Assembly (NCBI RefSeq): GCF_001194135.2
Contig: NC_068985.1
Location: forward strand, 83,062,349-83,126,348
Length of the DNA stretch: 64,000 nucleotides
Direction: 5' to 3'
Origin: Octopus bimaculoides
Taxonomy: Eukaryota
The stretch's first letter is position 1; each line of letters begins with the position of its first letter. Shown here in pieces: positions 24,736 to 37,424 of this stretch. Made by a program: the position numbers and the translations under genes. The notes below the pieces were generated by a model. It was not told the DNA's origin and did not search any database. It saw nothing but the letters and a program-made list of their open reading frames with translations.

Positions 24736-26589
24736 TATATGACAAAAGCAAAAAAAAAATAAATAAATAATAAAATGAAGTTTTCAGTGTATGTCTGCAT
24801 GCGTGTATGTATCAGTAGATGAATCAATTGGTTTCGTAAAAGGTGGTTCAGAACAAAACACAAATGTTAGTATTTCACATGCAAGCATCTTCGTCAATCT
24901 CAAAAGTATGATAAAACAATGCAGGGCGTTTAACTCTCACCCCATTTGATATTAAACTCATATCTGTGTATAAGTTACTTTTTTCTGACAAAGGTCTTTC
25001 AAAATATTGCTTCAAAAGTTACTGTGATGTATATTGTTAAGAAATTTATAAATCAATTTAAGGTTACAATCAGTAGACTGTCAGAGTCTCTGAGATAACC
25101 TTCCTCCATCTTAAAGATAAGTTCACAGTTTTCTTGTTGATATATATAATTACTATTCTTCTTACTATTATCATCACTGCTATTGCTGTTGATATTGTTG
25201 TTGTTATTATTATTGTTATAGTTGTTGTTGCTATTACTACTACTACTACTACTGCTGCTACTACATTATTAAAATGTCCAGTTTGTAATCTTGGTTTTCT
25301 TTTTTTTTTTTTTTTTTTTTTTTTTGCTTTGGAAACTGTTTTCAAAATAATTTATTGTTATTCTCTTTGTCAACTGACATCATTCAAGTTGTCTTGGCAA
25401 ACATCATAGCATCATACAATATGCGCCACCTATGAAAGCTGAGTGCAAAGGAAAACATTTATTCTTGATTGTCAAAACTGGTGTCATATCTGATGCCAAG
25501 ATTAGAATATATTTACTGAAAACTAAAATTAATTTCTTCACTATTTGCTTGTCCTCGCCTCCACCCTCCCAACACACATTGGTTTTCTCTTCCTAAGTTT
25601 ATATAGAAAGGCTAAGCAATGAACCTTTAGAGTCTATTTAATTAAAAGATTAGAAACAAGTTTGGTACAGATATTTATTTATTGAAATAATATAGAATAG
25701 CTGGATATAGATTACAAGTTTCATCTGATAATTGAGAGCATTGTAATTGCTTAGAACTAATTAGACAAAAAGGCTACCATGTAAAAAATTGTTTTCTTCC
25801 TCTAATATGTTGTAAAAGAATTATTTTATATTGCTGGTGATATTTAGTTTGGGACAAAATTTTTATAGGACAAATTGCTTATAGGACAAATTTTTGCTGT
25901 ACAAAATACTTATAGAGCTAAATACTTTAAGACAAAATATATGCAGGAGAATGTGTTTCAAAGCAGAGATGATTTGGGAAGTAGAAATGTAGGCAGGAGG
26001 GTCACAGCCGTAACAGCCGTCTAATCATAAATGGGTTTGGTAAAATGCTGACTGAGGAATACTCAACAGCTACTCTGAGTTTCTGTATCAGGAACTGAAG
26101 TATGGATGGCATTCCTTTCAGAATTTTAGAAACAAAAAAACTCTTTCCATACCACCACTGCCACTGCCACCCCTACCATGACCACTATGACCACAACAAT
26201 AACCACCACCACCACCACAATCACCACGGCCACCACCACCACAATCACCACTGCCACCACCTACCACCATGGTTATCATTGCCACTACCACTGCTGTCAT
26301 GCTATTTCAAGGAGTTGCTTCTCAGAGAAGTGACTGAATAGGTTCACAATTAGAGTCTTTCACCAGAAATATGTGTTACTCGTGGCAGAGTGTGATCTCT
26401 TGTTAAAAAAAAAGCAGAGATTTGCCATCACTCACAAGTGATTATAACCTGGTTACTTATATAATGAATTTCACTAATTGTTTTTAGGCAACTGTGTTGT
26501 CATGAGTAGACATAGATACCATCTCAGAGCTCCTATCCTTGACCCAACAGAACATTAAGAATGTGACAACTGTAGAGAATGAGAGCTGC

Positions 26590-26712
26590 ACTCAGCATTT
26601 GGCTGCGACTCCTTTTCAGCTCAGTGGACTGGACTAACATTGAAATGATGTGCTTTGCATGAGGATACAACATGCTCCTCAGTCCAGAAACCCATGACCT
26701 TAGGATCATGAA
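26590..26712 (-). mobile_element. SINE family D fragment
   Basis: CAGCTCAGTGGACTGGACTAACATTGAAATGA matches the reverse D core. Confidence 0.65.
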
Positions 26713-26719
26713 ATCTGTT

Positions 26720-26720
<1 letters not shown>

Positions 26721-26776
<56 letters not shown>

Positions 26777-26996
26777 GTCTTCATCATCATCATCATTTAG
26801 CATCTGTTTTCAGTGCTGGCATGGGTAAGATGGCTTGACCAGAGCTGGCAAGCAGGAGAGCTGAAACAGGTTCCAGTCTGACCTGGCTTGGTTTCTACAA
26901 CTGGACGCCCTTCCTAACACCAGCCACTTTACAAAGTTGCTGGGTGTTTTTTTATGTGGCTCCAGCATGGGTGCTTTTACATGATGCCAGACTGGG
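26721..26996 (-). mobile_element. RTE 3' UTR/tail with expanded (CAT)n tail
   Basis: Reverse of the 19200-19378 tail (CTGGACGCCCTTCCTAACACCAGCCACT). Confidence 0.85.
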
Positions 26997-27888
26997 TTCC
27001 AGTGTATCTTCATTGAAACAGTGAAGTGGAATAATTTTAAAGAATGACTGGTGGACACTGAAAAAAAAAAAAAAAGCACAGGGTTCTTCTACAGAAAGAA
27101 AAATAAATAGTAAAGTGAAGTACTAGCATAATTCAGGAAATAAATCAAGTTATCTTAACTAATTAAAAATCACACCCATAAAGGCAAGGAAAACAACCAT
27201 AAAATTTTAATTTAAATTAAGATAAATTATATATAAAATGTTGTTGGAAATCAACCTGATATATAGTAGTATAACGGCACCCTGGGCATGTTTCTGCTTT
27301 ATTACACCTCCTCAGTGAATACATTGTTTAAGCACTACTTCTTTCATAGAGGAAAATGCCATTGAATGTTTCCTTCTGCCACCGGTTTCTGGTTGAATGT
27401 GTTGTTTGGGTCAATAGTCCAGATTGGTATTGATTGATTCATAGAGAACATAAACTGATTGAGAGAATGATAGAAGGCCAGCTAGCTAGTTATTCAGCAT
27501 GGAAACTAGCTTGTCACTAAACCTGCCATATTATATTACAGTACGGTGTGTAAGTAATGAAGCTGCCATTACATATTGTATAATGGCACTCTACTTTACC
27601 ATAGTGTAGATCATATGAAAGAAAGAAAGAAAGAGAGAGAAAGAGAGAGGGAGAGAAAGAGAGCAAAGCAGAGAGAATGCAGCAGCTTTTTACATTAACC
27701 CTTAACAGATATGCATAGATATTGTGTTTGATGGATCAGTGAAAGGATGTTTGTAGTTCCTTGAAAGAATGGTAAGAAATGAAAATAGGAGTGATCAAAA
27801 TTTGTTATGAAGGATGTTTTTACATTTCACTGTACATTGAATATGGTTGTCAAAGGAGTTCAAAATATACATGAGAGCATGTGAAAAT

Positions 27889-27922
<34 letters not shown>

Positions 27923-28089
27923 ATGCAAATATATATGTATATATATATGTGTACATACATGCCTAAACACAAATGTGTGTGTGTGTGTGTGTATATATAG
28001 ATATATATATATATATGTATGTATGTATATATACAAACCTAAATATAAATGTGTGTGTGTGTGTGCATATTTATATGTGNNNNNNNNNN

Positions 28090-28146
<57 letters not shown>

Positions 28147-28596
28147 GATGATCATATATATGTATATATATAAATGTGCACACACGTACACATATATATA
28201 TAAATATGTATATTTATACATACACGCACATGCATATACACTCATACATACATACATACATACATACATACACACATGCAGAAACATATATTCATACACA
28301 TATCTGCATTTATACATATGCAAAGATGCTTATGTAAACATTAATTCATCACCATCGTCCTCATCTTCATCCTTACCATTATCATCAATGCATTGAATAT
28401 TTGTCTTGATATTCACCATCATGTGTTAGACAAGTTTGTTCTGCTACAATGGTCACCATAGCTACTTTATAGAAATGTAAGTAATACAATTTGAACTGCA
28501 AGACTCATATGTATAAAATGTAATGCTCCTCCACCACACCTTGTCTTTGCTCTGTGTGTCTACCTTCTTTTCTTTCTTTTCCTTATCTCTAACATA

Positions 28597-28812
28597 TCAT
28601 CATCATCATCTTTAAATGTCCATTTTCCATGCTGGCATGGGTTGACGGTTTGACAGGAGCTGGCCAGCTGAAGAGTTGCCCAGGCTCCATTTATCTGTTT
28701 TGACATGGTTCCTATGGCTGGATGCCCTTCTTAATACCAACCATTTTATAGAATGTGCTGGGTGCTTTTTATATACTACTGGCACAGGTGCTATTACATG
28801 ACACAGGTATGG
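28597..28812 (-). mobile_element. RTE 3' UTR/tail fragment
   Basis: CATCATC TTTAAATGTCCATTTTCCATGCTGGCATGGGTTG...GGATGCCCTTCTTAATACCAACCA. Confidence 0.85.
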
Positions 28813-29311
28813 GTACTTTTAGATACCTGTATATATATATATATATATNNNNNNNNNNNNNNNNNNNNNNNNNNNNNNNNNNNNNNNNNNNNNNNNNNNN
28901 NNNNNNNNNNNNNNNNNNNNNNNNNNNNNNNNNNNNNNNNNNNNNNNNNNNNNNNNNNNNNNNNNNNNNNNNNNNNNNNNNNNNNNNNNNNNNNNNNNNN
29001 NNNNNNNNNNNNNNNNNNNNNNNNNNNNNNNNNNNNNNNNNNNNNNNNNNNNNNNNNNNNNNNNNNNNNNNNNNNNNNNNNNNNNNNNNNNNNNNNNNNN
29101 NNNNNNNNNNNNNNNNNNNNNNNNNNNNNNNNNNNNNNNNNNNNNNNGAATATGGAATATACAATATATAATATAATATACAATATATAATATAAAATAA
29201 AATAAAATAAAAATGGATGGCACCATGAAAGAAAGTATTGAATGTAGATGAAATATTGAGTGTTCAATATAAAGGATCAAATATATAAATATATAAATAT
29301 AAATATATAAA

Positions 29312-29351
29312 GGCGACTCAAGTTTCAGGGCTATTTCCCTTCGTCATGGCC
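29312..29351 (-). ncRNA. Candidate minimal type-I hammerhead-ribozyme-like motif (one extra A in core)
   Basis: Minus-strand RNA GGC-C(A)UGACGA-AGGG-AAAUAG-CCCU-GAAAC-UUGA-GUC-GCC. Helix I 3 bp, helix II 4 bp, helix III 2 bp with a near-palindromic loop. Manual fold only. Confidence 0.55.
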
Positions 29352-29396
29352 GGTATGACAGACTTATATATGTGTGTGTATATATATATGTGTGTG

Positions 29397-29429
<33 letters not shown>

Positions 29430-29489
29430 CATCCATGAGCCCACAAGATTAAGGATCTCTTGGCTGAGAGAAGAATGTAGAGGACATGC

Positions 29490-29665
29490 ATACATGGACA
29501 GCCATGATTTTACTTAGCTTGGTGTGTCTTCTCAAACACAGCAACCACCAGCAGTCCTATGTGAGGCCCAATGTCTGAAAATCCTTTCTCACCACTTCAT
29601 CCTGCTTCTTGCTGGATCTGCCCCTTGCACACGTTCCCTGGAGATCAGCACTTCCTTTCCAAATT
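29490..29665 (-). mobile_element. RTE ORF C-terminus remnant (same family as 10490 and 51170)
   Basis: Minus strand translates QGTCARGRSSKKQDEVVRKDFQTLGLT*, then after a frameshift AVFEKTHQAK*. Confidence 0.75.
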
Positions 29666-29706
29666 TTTAAAGCTACAATATTGAACAAATAACCTCATGA
29701 AACACT

Positions 29707-29912
29707 TCATCATCATCATTTCACATCTATATTCCATACTGGCATGGCTGGACAGTTTAACAGGATCCAATATGTCAAAGGACTGCATCAAGCACCAATG
29801 TCTGCTTCAGCATGGATTTTACAGCTGGGTGCCCTTCCTAATGCCAACCACTTTACAGCATGGACTAGGTGCTCTTTTTCATGCCACCTCCACTATTGAG
29901 GTCACCATGCAA
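29707..29912 (-). mobile_element. RTE 3' UTR/tail fragment
   Basis: Reverse tail: CATCATCATT..TTCCATACTGGCATGG..CAGCTGGGTGCCCTTCCTAATGCCAACCACT. Confidence 0.8.
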
Positions 29913-30275
29913 TTTACAGGACTATGAGCTCTGGGATAGGCGGGGGATTAGCTTCATGCAAGGACTGTAAAAGATAATGTGTCACTCTATTGATCATGTA
30001 ACTGAGAGATCAAACCTTATCAAAGCCATAGTGCTGTATACCCCGGGATGAAGCGCATCACCCATGTAGCTAAGCCTTTCCTAAACATATCAGGCAAATA
30101 CATTTCATGTGTACATCACAGTTGAGTGACTAGTTACAGGAAGAGCACTGATCTCTAAAAACATTTGTTTGAATGCAACAGGTTACTGTTTAATAGCTGT
30201 GCATTCTGTATGTGTGTATGTCTTTGTAAGTGTATCCTTTATGCACACACACACACACACACACGCACACATTAC

Positions 30276-30450
30276 AGGTGCAGGCACTGCTGTGTGGTTA
30301 AAAAGTTTTGTTTTTTTTCAGAAACACATGGTTTCAGGTTTAATACCACTCTGTCACATCTTGGGCAAGTGTCTTGTGCTATAGCCTAGGGTAACCAAAG
30401 CCTGTTGAGTGGATTTGGTAAACAGAAACTGAAAGTAGCCTGTTGTGTAT
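30276..30450 (+). mobile_element. SINE family A, 5' half
   Basis: CTTGGGCAAGTGTCTT..GTGGATTTGGTAAACAGAAACTGAAAG. Confidence 0.8.
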
Positions 30451-30739
30451 GTGTGTGTATTGGGTTTTGAACTCAGAGCATAGAGAGCTGGAAGAAATGT
30501 CAGCAGGCATCCTATGTGACTCTTTTACAACTTTGCCAATTCATTGCTTATCTATATTTGATCACATATGCATTTGTAAATATATGTGTGCTTGCGTACA
30601 TGATGTCAGTTTTGAAAATCTCCACCAAATTAGCAGTATATACATTTGTGAGGAATGGCAAATTGGCAGGAATTACAGAATGTGTGGAAGAGTTTTTTTT
30701 CAGAGTTTAGTTACATTCTACCACATGTTCAGTTTTTCA

Positions 30740-31046
<307 letters not shown>

Positions 31047-31532
31047 TTCAAATATTTCAAGATCATCAACAGATATGTACTGAAAACAGATGTATGGTTA
31101 TCTGGTATTCCTACAATTATTTTGTTGAGAATCTCTATTGGAGCATTAGGATAATACAGTCAGGTATGCTGTATGCACAACATCCGTAAAAATATCTAAT
31201 ATGTTACACAACTCATAATCATATGGATGTTATGCATATTGCATACATGACTGTACTATGCTTATGTCACAATAAAAACTCTTAACAAAACAATTGTAGC
31301 AATACAAGATAACTTATTTATCTGTTCCTATTATGTTTTTATGCCATGCTTAATGTTCCATACATCATTGGATACTTTTTAACACTGCTGGAGATGTGAA
31401 TTACCTAACAACAGAGAACTTGCCTTCTCAATGCATTTGATGTTAGGGTAATGGATAACTGTCTGTTTTGTGTCATTCCATCTTAACAATTTGTGCCTGC
31501 TTCACTTTGATGTGCCTTCATCATTTATAGCT

Positions 31533-31590
<58 letters not shown>

Positions 31591-31999
31591 NNNNNNNNNN
31601 NNNNNNNNNNNNNNNNNNNNNNNNNNNNNNNNNNNNNNNNNNNNNNNNNNNNNNNNNNNNNNNNNNNNNNNNNNNNNNNNNNNNNNNNNNNNNNNNNNNN
31701 NNNNNNNNNNNNNNNNNNNNNNNNNNNNNNNNNNNNNNNNNNNNNNNNNNNNNNNNNGCTCTTCCGATCTTATATATATATATAAAGTTAGATAAGGCTG
31801 GTTCATGGGATTACTCTGGGTTTCATATTCATAAAGTGTTTAGCTTTACGGCATATCATCAGATCCCCAAACCAGGGTAATCCCATAAACTGGCCTTATC
31901 TAATTTTATTTATATTATATACTGCTCTATTACTTAGAGTGTGCATCTTTTATGGATTTATACTTTAACGATGATATATATAAATATAGTTGAAATTTA

Positions 32000-32070
32000 C
32001 AAAAAATAGATAGATAGATAGATAGATAGGTAAATAGATGGATAGATGGATAGGTAGATAGATAGACGGG

Positions 32071-32103
<33 letters not shown>

Positions 32104-32112
32104 GGATTGATA
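32000..32112. repeat. (GATA)n tetranucleotide microsatellite
   Basis: Direct reading. Confidence 0.95.
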
Positions 32113-32316
32113 CATACATACATGCATAGACACATCATATGCCTAGCTTCTTGTCAGTTTCCATCTCCTAAATTTACTTATAGGACTTTGACCAGTCTGG
32201 AGCTATAAAAGAATGTACATGCCCAATAGGCCATATTGTTCATGGTGTGGGACTGTACATGGCTGTACAGTAAATTTCTCTTTCTCTTTGTGTCTGCCTC
32301 TCTTTCTCTGTGTGTG

Positions 32317-32371
<55 letters not shown>

Positions 32372-33039
32372 GTATGTAAATAACAAAGTTAATCTGGTGA
32401 TAAAATTGTGTCTGATCCAGCAATGCGTTAATTTACAGTTATACTAAAAACAGAAAAATGCTATTACTCCTAAACATATAGCTAATTGAAACAAAGAAAA
32501 TGTTTTAGTTTTCTATTAGCTTCTCTGTGGCATTTATACTTCAGCTTATATAAACTGGAATAACTATGAAAGTGATTAAAACTAAAATGCTGAAATGAAA
32601 CAAAACTGCCTTAACAAAGTTATGTAGTTTTCAGAAAGTTCATGACACACAATTTGTTCTGTGAGACTTAGATTTCGGAGATAGAATTAGTCTGTTGTCT
32701 TCTTTAATATCAATACCTGGAACTTGAGTAGAGTTCACTCTATTGTGAGCATTCCATTTAAGTCCTTGGATTGAGGATAACCCATGAATTGAAATTTATT
32801 GCTCTCTTTTCTTTTCCATCCCTCTCCATCTTGATTGCACTGTAGTATGGTCATGGACGCTGTCTTTCCTTTCTTCATAAAAAGGAAATTCTCTTTCCAG
32901 CCTGCCCCAATTCCTCTCATTCACTTATCTATAAAGTGAGTTGCCACATAGCTCCTCTACAACAAGAAACTTCAACCTTTTATTTCTTAGCATAATGCTA
33001 CCTTCTCAATCAAAGGGGACTTGTAATCTTCATGGTAAC

Positions 33040-33342
33040 CTCACTAGTCTCAGTGGAATTTGAATTCAGAACATGAAGACAGACAAAATGCTTAATGACA
33101 TTTTGTCCGGAATACTAATGGTTCTGCCAGCTTACTGCCTTAACATTTCTATAAATATTGATTTCAAATTTTGACACAAGGCTAGCAATTTCAGGGGAGG
33201 GTTAAGTCAATAACATTGACCCCAGTGTTCAAATGGTACTTATTTTATCAACCCTCAAAGGGGTAAAATCTGAACTCAGAATGTAAAGACAGGCAAAATA
33301 CCACTAGACATTTCGCCTGCTATGTTAGCCCGCTGCCTTCTA
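33040..33342 (-). mobile_element. Two adjacent family-B SINE pieces (33040-33143 head; 33155-33342 near-full with deletions)
   Basis: Reverse alignment to 40486-40705. Confidence 0.8.
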
Positions 33343-33409
33343 AAAATATTAGCAACAAAAACAAGTGGTATCTTACATTTCCATTTTATATGTGATTTGA
33401 TTAGTTTTT

Positions 33410-34740
33410 ATTTATTCTTTGTAAGCATAGTACTTATTCTATTGGTCTGTTTCTTTTGCCAGACCACTAAGTCACAGGAACATAAACACACCAGAATCAG
33501 TGGTCAAGCGATGGTGAGGGACAAACACAGACACACAAACACACACACACACATATATACGTATATATATATATATATATATATAATTATTACAATTAAA
33601 AGGGTAAAGGATTATCAATTTATTAATAAATTAATAATTAATAATTAATAATTTTTACCAAGCCCTTCGGTATGTAAGCACCATTATCGGTGTGGAACTT
33701 ATTTAAAAGTTCTTATACATTTATAAACAAAATTAAGGGATCAGCAACAGGTTGCTTCACCACATACCGAAGTTCAGAAATAGCAGCTAAAAATGCTGAT
33801 CATGCATGCACATTTGTCAGTATCGTCGAATTTACAACAGGNNNNNNNNNNNNNNNNNNNNNNNNNNNNNNNNNNNNNNNNNNNNNNNNNNNNNNNNNNN
33901 NNNNNNNNNNNNNNNNNNNNNNNNNNNNNNNNNNNNNNNNNNNNNNNNNNNNNNNNNNNNNNNNNNNNNNNNNNNNNNNNNNNNNNNNNNNNNNNNNNNN
34001 NNNNNNNNNNNNNNNNNNNNNNNNNNNNNNNNNNNNNNNNNNNNNNNNNNNNNNNNNNNNNNNNNNNNNNNNNNNNNNNNNNNNNNNNNNNNNNNNNNNN
34101 NNNNNNNNNNNNNNNNNNNNNNNNNNNNNNNNNNNNNNNNNNNNNNNNNNNNNNNNNNNNNNNNNNNNNNNNNNNNNNNNNNNNNNNNNNNNNNNNNNNN
34201 NNNNNNNNNNNNNNACATAGAGAACATCTCCTTCATCAGCCACCCACATTTTAACACCGGCGTTTCGACGAGCTTGGGCAGGACGCATCGCTAAAACGGC
34301 TCGTCCCATGGATCGCAGATTAAATTTGTATACACAAATTAAATCTAGCCATGGAGGAATGTATTGGCGGACAAAAAACAAGACAGGAAAACAAACAGAA
34401 AAGGCTTTACGGCCAGACGAGAAAAATTATGTGTGTAAGAACGCGATGAGGCACGGACCCGAGAGGGACAAAGTGGTGCGTGCGTTGCTTGGCGAAAGCC
34501 AAGGAAGGAAAGGATTATTGACCGGAAGCATGTGACCATGCCGGTGTAAAGGGAAGAGAGGCAATTTTGATCAGGAGCAAAAATACATACATATATATAT
34601 ATATATTTATACAATGGGCTTCTTTCAGTTTCCATCAACCAAATCCACTCCCAAGACTTTGGTCAGCCTAAGGTTATAGCAGAAGTCACTTGCACAAGAT
34701 GCTATGCAGTGGGACTGAACCCGGAACCATGTGGCTGTGT
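33410..34740 (-). mobile_element. One family-A SINE split in two (3' half 33410-33580; 5' half 34610-34740) by a ~1 kb insertion
   Basis: The halves are in the same orientation and are contiguous in the 16404 reference, with the break in the central TA tract. Confidence 0.75.
33590..34575. mobile_element. Unclassified CpG-rich, hairpin-rich insertion (possibly Penelope-like terminal region), interrupted by a gap
   Basis: Nested in a SINE; many CpGs; several inverted repeats; CTGATGA on the minus strand next to the gap edge. Confidence 0.5.
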
Positions 34741-34799
34741 TGGATTTTTTTTGTTTTTGTTTTTCTGTGTTTCGTCTGGAGGAAAGGATAGTTACTATG

Positions 34800-34870
34800 G
34801 CTTTTGCATGCTCTCCAAGAACATTGAGACTGATGCCATTAATATCTCAGCTAAACTGTTGCAATTTGAC
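34800..34870 (+). repeat. Old dispersed repeat also present at about 63190-63255
   Basis: Identical 15-mer GAGACTGATGCCATT (34826-34840; 63215-63229), followed in both by TAAACTG(T/C)TGCAA. Confidence 0.5.
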
Positions 34871-36200
34871 AATGGCAGGAAAGACCTGTGCAGGGGAAGA
34901 ATTTCAGAGAATCAATGTTCTGAAAAGAAAGGATTGGATAAAGTGGGCAATAGAGGGCCTGAAACGGTGAGTACAATATGAATGATAAGAGGAGAAATAA
35001 GTGAGTTATGAATGTCTACCTGGTGGTACAAGACCAGCCAATGATGGGAGAAGAGGCCATTATAGATGCAAGAAAAGAGCCAAAAAATGGAAACAGCATG
35101 TTTGTGGATCGGAGTTTGGAGGCTATTTGTGGTGAACATTCTTTGGCTGCAGTGCAGGATTGCTGCATGTTGTAGACACGCTTTCTCAGATGTAGAATCA
35201 GAATTCCGTTGTAGAACACAACGTTAGAGTGTATATAGTTGATAGAGGTCCTGAAGAATTTTCTAACCTCAAACAGAGAAAAGCTCATCTTTAAGATGCA
35301 GTCTTTCTTATGTTAAGGATCTTTTTTTATCTAATGGGCTCATTTAAATGAAATGTATACTAATATATTTAGCATTTTTACCAATATCTTTTGAACTAGT
35401 ATTATATATAATTAGCAAAAGCCAAAAAAAAAGACATTTTTCCAAGAACACATTCAGTGATTTTTATCAAATTTGAGTAGTTCTATTTTAGTTGTAATAA
35501 ATGGTAATAGAATAAAAGTTAATGATTTGAGAAAAAAATGCAAATAGTTTTTGCAGTAAAAGCAATTATGAAAAATGACCAGTATCATTGTCAAATATAA
35601 ACTAGTCTTAAAAATACATTCTTAACCAATTAAAAACACTGATAATGGCCCCTGCCTCTTTTATTGAAACTGGCACCGATCATGCGGACTGTCCATTTAG
35701 TGAGACAAGAGATTTCATTTTTAATTTCGTTTTTCATTATATTAAAAAAAGTAAATGTTTTGACAAAAACAAAAAAAAAAATGAATAGAAATGATGATAA
35801 AAAACTAATAATTCAATTTTTTTTTAAGTTTAAAAGATTGGAAAGTGGGGTTGTAAAACTATAAAAGATAAAGATAGAAAAAAAAACGGGTTTATTTGTC
35901 TTATTTTATTTTATTTTTGGACACTGATGTGATAAAATTGGTAGGGAGCCTGACAAAATGATTTTAGACATTTAATGATACTGTTTTATATTCTGATTTG
36001 AAATCCAACCCAAGGTGACTTTAAAACTTTCATTTCACCAAGATCAATAAAATAAGTATCTCATATGCATTTGAATTTGATTAAATCAACTACACTATTT
36101 CTATGAATATTTCTGGTGTCTGGTAGAGAGTTAAAAGTTATTAATAGCAGGGACCAGCTGCCTGCCTCCAGATCCAGCAATGTTTAAAGACAATAATTAC

Positions 36201-36345
36201 AGTCATGGCTGTGTGGTTAAGAACCACTTTGTGAGGATTTTGTTTTTAGGTTCAGTCCTACAGAACAGCACCTTGGAAAGTTGTCTTGTTCAAAGCCCCT
36301 GACTGATCACTGCCTTGTGAATGAATTTAATAGATGAAAATGTAT
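36201..36345 (+). mobile_element. Decayed family-A SINE 5' half
   Basis: TGGCTGTGTGGTTAAG..GGTTCAGTCCT..CACCTTGGAAAG. Confidence 0.7.
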
Positions 36346-37424
36346 GTATGTATGAACGTATGTGTGTGTGTGTGTGTGACTATTCTGTTTTATTTCAAGA
36401 TTTCTTGCCAATAGAGAAAGAGCTGGTTTCTAAATGAGATCTAAGGCTCCTTCATTGGAATTTCCGCGTCAACAGCAGGGTATTTTTGTTTGTTTGTATG
36501 TATGTATGTATGTATGTGTGTGTGTGTGTGTGTGTGTGTATCTATGAATGAATAAATGAATGAATGATATGAGGAGTTTTCATCAGGATGACTCAAACTA
36601 ATAGGTATGCATTCTGAACGCTCAAATAGGTATGCCACCAAAATTCCAATTTGAACAGCAGTTAAAGTTGTGGTTATGTGATTGTCTTATTCAAAACCGC
36701 TAAAAGTGGCTTCCCTTTGAGTCAGTAGGTATAGGTTAAAGTAGTGAAGAATGGCAAACAAATAGGCAAGGTAAGAAAAGGACATTTGATTTCATTTAAT
36801 TCAATCTAAATTTAGCTACATAACAAATGGTAAAAATAGTAAAAAATAGTCCCTGCCAGCTGTTTCTGAGATATCCCAGCTATTGGAGCATCGTATCAAG
36901 TGAAAACTCTGTAAGTTGGGTATTCTGTCATTGGAGAGATATAAGTTAGAGAGTGGAAGAATTTCTTCATCGATGATATTTGTTGAAGTTCATTATGTCC
37001 AGGAGGTTAAGAGATCCAGTTAAATCCAGTAGGTCGGGTTATGTATGTATGTATGCATGCATCTTTGTGTTTATTTGACAAACTTTTCAAGGCAAAACTC
37101 ATCAAGCATGACTGCAGTCCAATGACTGAAGCAAGTAAACAATAAATACTTCAGGAAAAAAACTCAGCAACTTAGTGCTGATCATAGCTGCCATTAGTGA
37201 AATGAATAAGGATAATTAGTTAATTATATTCACATGCAATAAGACAGTGCCCCAGCATGGTCTTACCTGTGATGGCTAAAACAGACTTATGAACTAAAGA
37301 CCTAAAGATGCCAATTACTTAATAATTTAGGACAATAACAGTGATGGACAGAGAAGATTCAGTTTGATCAACCGAGTAATTTGCTTTTAAATTAGCATAT
37401 AAGTAGCTGAGTATTTCACAAACA

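Noticed and set aside
34521-34575. GC hairpin as a Helitron 3' terminator
   Set aside because: No CTRR end at the expected distance; kept only as part of the structured-insertion finding.
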